This document shows, piece by piece, positions 60,223 to 64,000 of a stretch of 64,000 nucleotides of DNA. The translations under genes and the position numbers were made by a program. How positions within the stretch are numbered: position 1 is the stretch's first letter; each line of letters begins with the position of its first letter. The stretch lies in NCBI GenBank assembly GCA_052426225.1, contig JBNJNM010000011.1, forward strand, positions 3,472,001-3,536,000, in the 5' to 3' direction. Origin of the DNA: Zancudomyces culisetae HAW-14-8. Lineage: Eukaryota; Fungi; Kickxellomycota. The notes below the pieces were generated by a model. It saw only the letters and a program-made list of their open reading frames with translations. It was not told the origin of the DNA and did not search any database.

Positions 60223-63200
60223 ATGAGTGGTTCGATACAAAGTAATAGGAGAGAGCCCAGTAGAAACGCATTTGTTACACTTGTAACAAATGACAATTAC
60301 GTCCCTGGGGCCTTGGTGGTCCTACATGCACTAAAACTAACCTTGACCAAATATGAGGTTGTGTGTTTAGCACCAAAGGATGGAATATCCGAGGGGTTTA
60401 AAAGGCGATTGGAAAAATCGTTTGATAAAGTAAAATGGGTCACGAGAAAAAGCAGCAATAATGAAGCTGAACTGAATAGGCTGGGTAGGCCAGATCTGAG
60501 AGATACATACACCAAACTAGAGCTATGGAATCCAGATGTTTTGGGGGAGTACGACATGGTTTGTTATATAGATTGTGATTTTATCATAATAAGAAATATC
60601 GACAACATATTTGATGGATTGGATGAGCATTCCAGGAAATTGAAGGAAGGAGAAGGCTCAGGGGGATTGATTGCAGCTGTTCCGGATCTGGGATGGCCTG
60701 ATTGGTTTAACTCAGGATTAATGGTACTAACACCTGGAGAAAAAACATACACCGACTTATGTGACATGGTAGATAATGAAAACAAAAGGCTGCAGGAGCA
60801 ATTTTATGGCTTAAGTTATGACGGAGCAGACCAAGGATTGCTTAATAGGTATTTTAGCAACTGGAGCAGGTCGGGTGATACAAAATCAAGATTGGGGTTT
60901 GTATACAACGTAACAGGATCTTCGTTTTATGCATACGAATCTGCACTTAGGGCAAATAGGAACAAAATAAAGGCGGTACATTTTGCGGGACAAAAGAAAC
61001 CATGGGATTATAATAGAAAAGATGGAAGGGGGGAGCTGATAAAAGAGGGTATGATATCAGAATTTTGGTGGGGGTGGGTCAGGTTATGGTGGTCAGTTCA
61101 TGACGAGTTTGTTTCGGAATACAAGTTCTGGAAAGGAAAGTATAGTAAGAAAAAGGCACTCAGCGCAGAAGGATATACCCAAATAAAAACAATTCACCAG
61201 GCTAAAAAATATATGAAAAGTGTACCCAAGCTGGAACCGATTAGTGAAGAAGGTGAGGATATGATGAATCAAAGCGGTCATGGAGAGGTCTTAGGGACAA
61301 TCGGCGTGAAGGACGAGGGGTCAGTGGTTGTTGATAAAGATGGAGGCCTAGAGTGTAGAGACGCGATTCCAGACTGGGAAAAGGATTGGAGCTGGGCGAA
61401 GAATAGAGTTCATCATTTTGATTTTTCTTGGCAGGGTAGATCAAAAGCGGGTGATAGCCACGGAACTGAGCAGACGCCAAGCTATGGTAGTAAAACCTCG
61501 GCATTTGATTGGGCTAGTGGCCGAGATCGGTTACCTGAGGGAAGCAAAGATGCGCCTAGTGGAGAGAGCCAGTTACGTAGGGGCGGGGTGGGAGGACAAG
61601 GAGCGGAAAAAGTCCAAGAAAGCGAAAGGCAAGTCCCAGCTATACATATAGAAGATTTTTGGGATAGCACAGGCAGGACACAAGAAAAGGGATCTACATA
61701 CAAAGCGGCTGGGTTTTTTATTGAAGATACTAATGAGGGTGAATATGATGGTGAATATGATGGCGAGAAAGGCTATTTAGCACCAAATGGAGTACAAAGA
61801 GTGGCTAGAGAAAGGGCCACCAGAGGAAGGTACCACCCTACTGTAATTGCTCAACCAGAGCCTTTAGCTCAGATGTCAGTTAACCCGGTAGAACTCTGGC
61901 AAAGCAAAGAGCTAAAGGAGAAACAACGCCTGAATCCAGAAATCATGGGGCAACTCGCACAAAGAGCGGATGCAAGGAAAGAGTATGTAGTGGACCTGGC
62001 ACAAGTTTATGAAATGGGTCTTAAAGAAGGGTATGCTCAAGGGGTGAGAAGTAAGCACATAGCGAATAGAGAACTCAGTGATGGTGTTGCGAGAAGAAGT
62101 GCATTTGAAAGCAGAAGAGAGAGTAGAAAACCTGGCAGTGCTCCGGTTAATCTCCGAGGAACGGGTACTATCGAAGATATACGTTGGGATAACAACTGGG
62201 GTGGGTACCCAGACAAAATTCCTAGTTCAGAGGTTCGTGGATACGCCGGAGATAATATACAATCTCAATGGATGTCTCATGAGACTGATAGTGAGGAGGT
62301 TGGGTCAAGTCTGATGACAGGAGCGCAGAACGCAGCGAACGAAATGTTACGAAACTGGCACCTGTTTTTAGTGTCACAGGCTGGAGAAACTCAGGATCAA
62401 ATGTATGATGCTATAGCGGCTAAGGCACGAGAGGTCGAGGAAAATCAAAAAAACTATGTGTTTTTAACAGAGCAAATGGTTGAGACAATTAGAAACAAAT
62501 GTGTTGTTGGGAAGGACAAGGAGGATGCAGTTGTGCTTAAAACCAAGGTCGAGGTTGAGGCAGATGGGAAGGATGGTTTCAAGTCAAAGTATGCGTTTAC
62601 ACTTAGCTCGATAGTAGATGTAGTGAACATAGATACGTTTTTGGAAAGTGCAGATGTTGTTGGAAAAGAACAGGTGCATGACAACTATATACTACCGCAT
62701 CATTCTGTCGCGGATATGTTTGCTCCTCATTCAAGCGTAGCTGAACCAATAGATGCAGTATTTAATGAAGCTTACCTACCAGATAGAAACATGATAAGGC
62801 AGCCCACAATGAGTGAGGATTTTGGAAATATTAGCGACTGCACAAACAGTTCGGAAGATCATAACCCTCGGTTCAATATGGAACAGTTGTACACTCGTCT
62901 GCAGTCTCGGCTTTTAGGTATGCAGTTGGACCAGAATTCGCGTTTGGACCCAACAGGTGCCGCACCTGTAGCAAGCAAAATGCGACTCGTGAAAAAGCCT
63001 TCGGCGCGCCAAACCAGCACACATAGTAAACAAACCGCCAGTGGTAATAATAGTGACTTCGAAAGTTTCCATAGCTACAAAATTCAGTGGAATAGTGAAG
63101 ATCTGTATGGTATTGGAAATCTTTCTCGACGAAATTCGATTCTGTCTGTGGTTAGCACCGATGAATCTGTTTTCGACGAATCAGAATACCCTATACATGA

Positions 63201-64000
63201 AGACCAGTCCATAGATGGAGCGCTTTACCATTCTATTTACACCTCAGGTCAATCACAGCATGAACAACCACAGTACAACGTTTTATCACCTGTAGTACCC
63301 ATATCACCACCAACACTAAGTTCATCACCAATTTCCTCGCCAAATAGCGCCTTTGAATTTTTCAAAAAGCCAAGACTAAAGAGATCTATTACGGCTCCAA
63401 TGACACCGCTGGTAGCAGGATTTCAGCAAGTACCAATAGCAACACCTGTCACATTCTTTGATGACCAGCATTTACGATCATCTTTTCAACAGTTACAATT
63501 TGATTATGCGAAAAACAACGATGATCATATAGCGTATTTGACAGAACGCAACACTAGATATAATAAGGCATTCTCGTCTTCTGATGGGTTTGTAAATAAT
63601 GAAGATGATGGTAAAAATGGCAAAAATGATGGTAACAATGGTGAAAAGGCTGCTCAGTACCGCCAATCACGGCAGCCGCTTGGATTGCAAGACAAGCCGT
63701 ATTCATTTGAGGAGACTATTCTAGAACTCAAAACAAAGGCAATTGGGGATCTAAACGGAATTCCAAATGTACGTACAAGTCATAGAACTCCAACAAGAGG
63801 TGAAAAAAAAATAGGCAAAGCAGGTGAAGGTGGAGATAGCAGTGGAAGTAGGAGTGGAGGTGACGATGGAAGTGGAAGTGGAAGCGGCGATAGTTTAAGA
63901 ATAGACACATCTGGAAATTGGAAAGGTGGAACAAATGGTACTTTGAGTGTACAAAGCGATGTTAACAAAAACAAAAACAAAAACAAAAATAAAGGATTTT
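60223..64000 (+). CDS. glycogenin (GT8) with a very long C-terminal extension, 3' partial
   Basis: Absent from the ORF track because no stop occurs before the window end. AFVTLVTNDNYVPGALV, LGRPDLRDTYTKLELW, YIDCD (DxD), AVPDLGWPDWFNSG, SYDGADQGLLNRYF, YNVT..SFYAY, HFAGQKKPW. Confidence 0.9.
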   Translation, partial: MSGSIQSNRREPSRNAFVTLVTNDNYVPGALVVLHALKLTLTKYEVVCLAPKDGISEGFKRRLEKSFDKVKWVTRKSSNNEAELNRLGRPDLRDTYTKLELWNPDVLGEYDMVCYIDCDFIIIRNIDNIFDGLDEHSRKLKEGEGSGGLIAAVPDLGWPDWFNSGLMVLTPGEKTYTDLCDMVDNENKRLQEQFYGLSYDGADQGLLNRYFSNWSRSGDTKSRLGFVYNVTGSSFYAYESALRANRNKIKAVHFAGQKKPWDYNRKDGRGELIKEGMISEFWWGWVRLWWSVHDEFVSEYKFWKGKYSKKKALSAEGYTQIKTIHQAKKYMKSVPKLEPISEEGEDMMNQSGHGEVLGTIGVKDEGSVVVDKDGGLECRDAIPDWEKDWSWAKNRVHHFDFSWQGRSKAGDSHGTEQTPSYGSKTSAFDWASGRDRLPEGSKDAPSGESQLRRGGVGGQGAEKVQESERQVPAIHIEDFWDSTGRTQEKGSTYKAAGFFIEDTNEGEYDGEYDGEKGYLAPNGVQRVARERATRGRYHPTVIAQPEPLAQMSVNPVELWQSKELKEKQRLNPEIMGQLAQRADARKEYVVDLAQVYEMGLKEGYAQGVRSKHIANRELSDGVARRSAFESRRESRKPGSAPVNLRGTGTIEDIRWDNNWGGYPDKIPSSEVRGYAGDNIQSQWMSHETDSEEVGSSLMTGAQNAANEMLRNWHLFLVSQAGETQDQMYDAIAAKAREVEENQKNYVFLTEQMVETIRNKCVVGKDKEDAVVLKTKVEVEADGKDGFKSKYAFTLSSIVDVVNIDTFLESADVVGKEQVHDNYILPHHSVADMFAPHSSVAEPIDAVFNEAYLPDRNMIRQPTMSEDFGNISDCTNSSEDHNPRFNMEQLYTRLQSRLLGMQLDQNSRLDPTGAAPVASKMRLVKKPSARQTSTHSKQTASGNNSDFESFHSYKIQWNSEDLYGIGNLSRRNSILSVVSTDESVFDESEYPIHEDQSIDGALYHSIYTSGQSQHEQPQYNVLSPVVPISPPTLSSSPISSPNSAFEFFKKPRLKRSITAPMTPLVAGFQQVPIATPVTFFDDQHLRSSFQQLQFDYAKNNDDHIAYLTERNTRYNKAFSSSDGFVNNEDDGKNGKNDGNNGEKAAQYRQSRQPLGLQDKPYSFEETILELKTKAIGDLNGIPNVRTSHRTPTRGEKKIGKAGEGGDSSGSRSGGDDGSGSGSGDSLRIDTSGNWKGGTNGTLSVQSDVNKNKNKNKNKGF

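Overview
Eukaryotic, AT-rich fungal genomic DNA with short GT-AG introns. Gene content and style suggest an early-diverging fungus, possibly Kickxellomycotina/Harpellales (insect gut fungi); this is inference only. The window opens with the 3' part of a Ty3/Gypsy LTR retrotransposon (pol, PPT and 3' LTR). Its end lies 49 bp upstream of a tandem tRNA-Glu(CTC)/tRNA-iMet pair separated by only 2 nt. Seventeen host genes follow: PP4R1-like HEAT protein, FIP1, a fungal TF-domain protein with no Zn cluster, mL50-like, PUT2 (GC-AG intron), RPC1, an EST1/SMG7-like protein, VRG4, S-formylglutathione hydrolase, UBA4, RNase H2A, PRE1, an orphan secreted Cys-rich protein, an ABHD/EHT1-like hydrolase, MDE1, a coiled-coil protein and enoyl-CoA isomerase. 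A very long glycogenin then runs off the right end. Best novel leads: the dicistronic Glu-iMet tRNA unit with an adjacent, possibly tRNA-targeted retrotransposon; a candidate intronic C/D snoRNA complementary to LSU rRNA (snR13/U15 target site); alternating GC-skew domains; and the orphan secreted protein.
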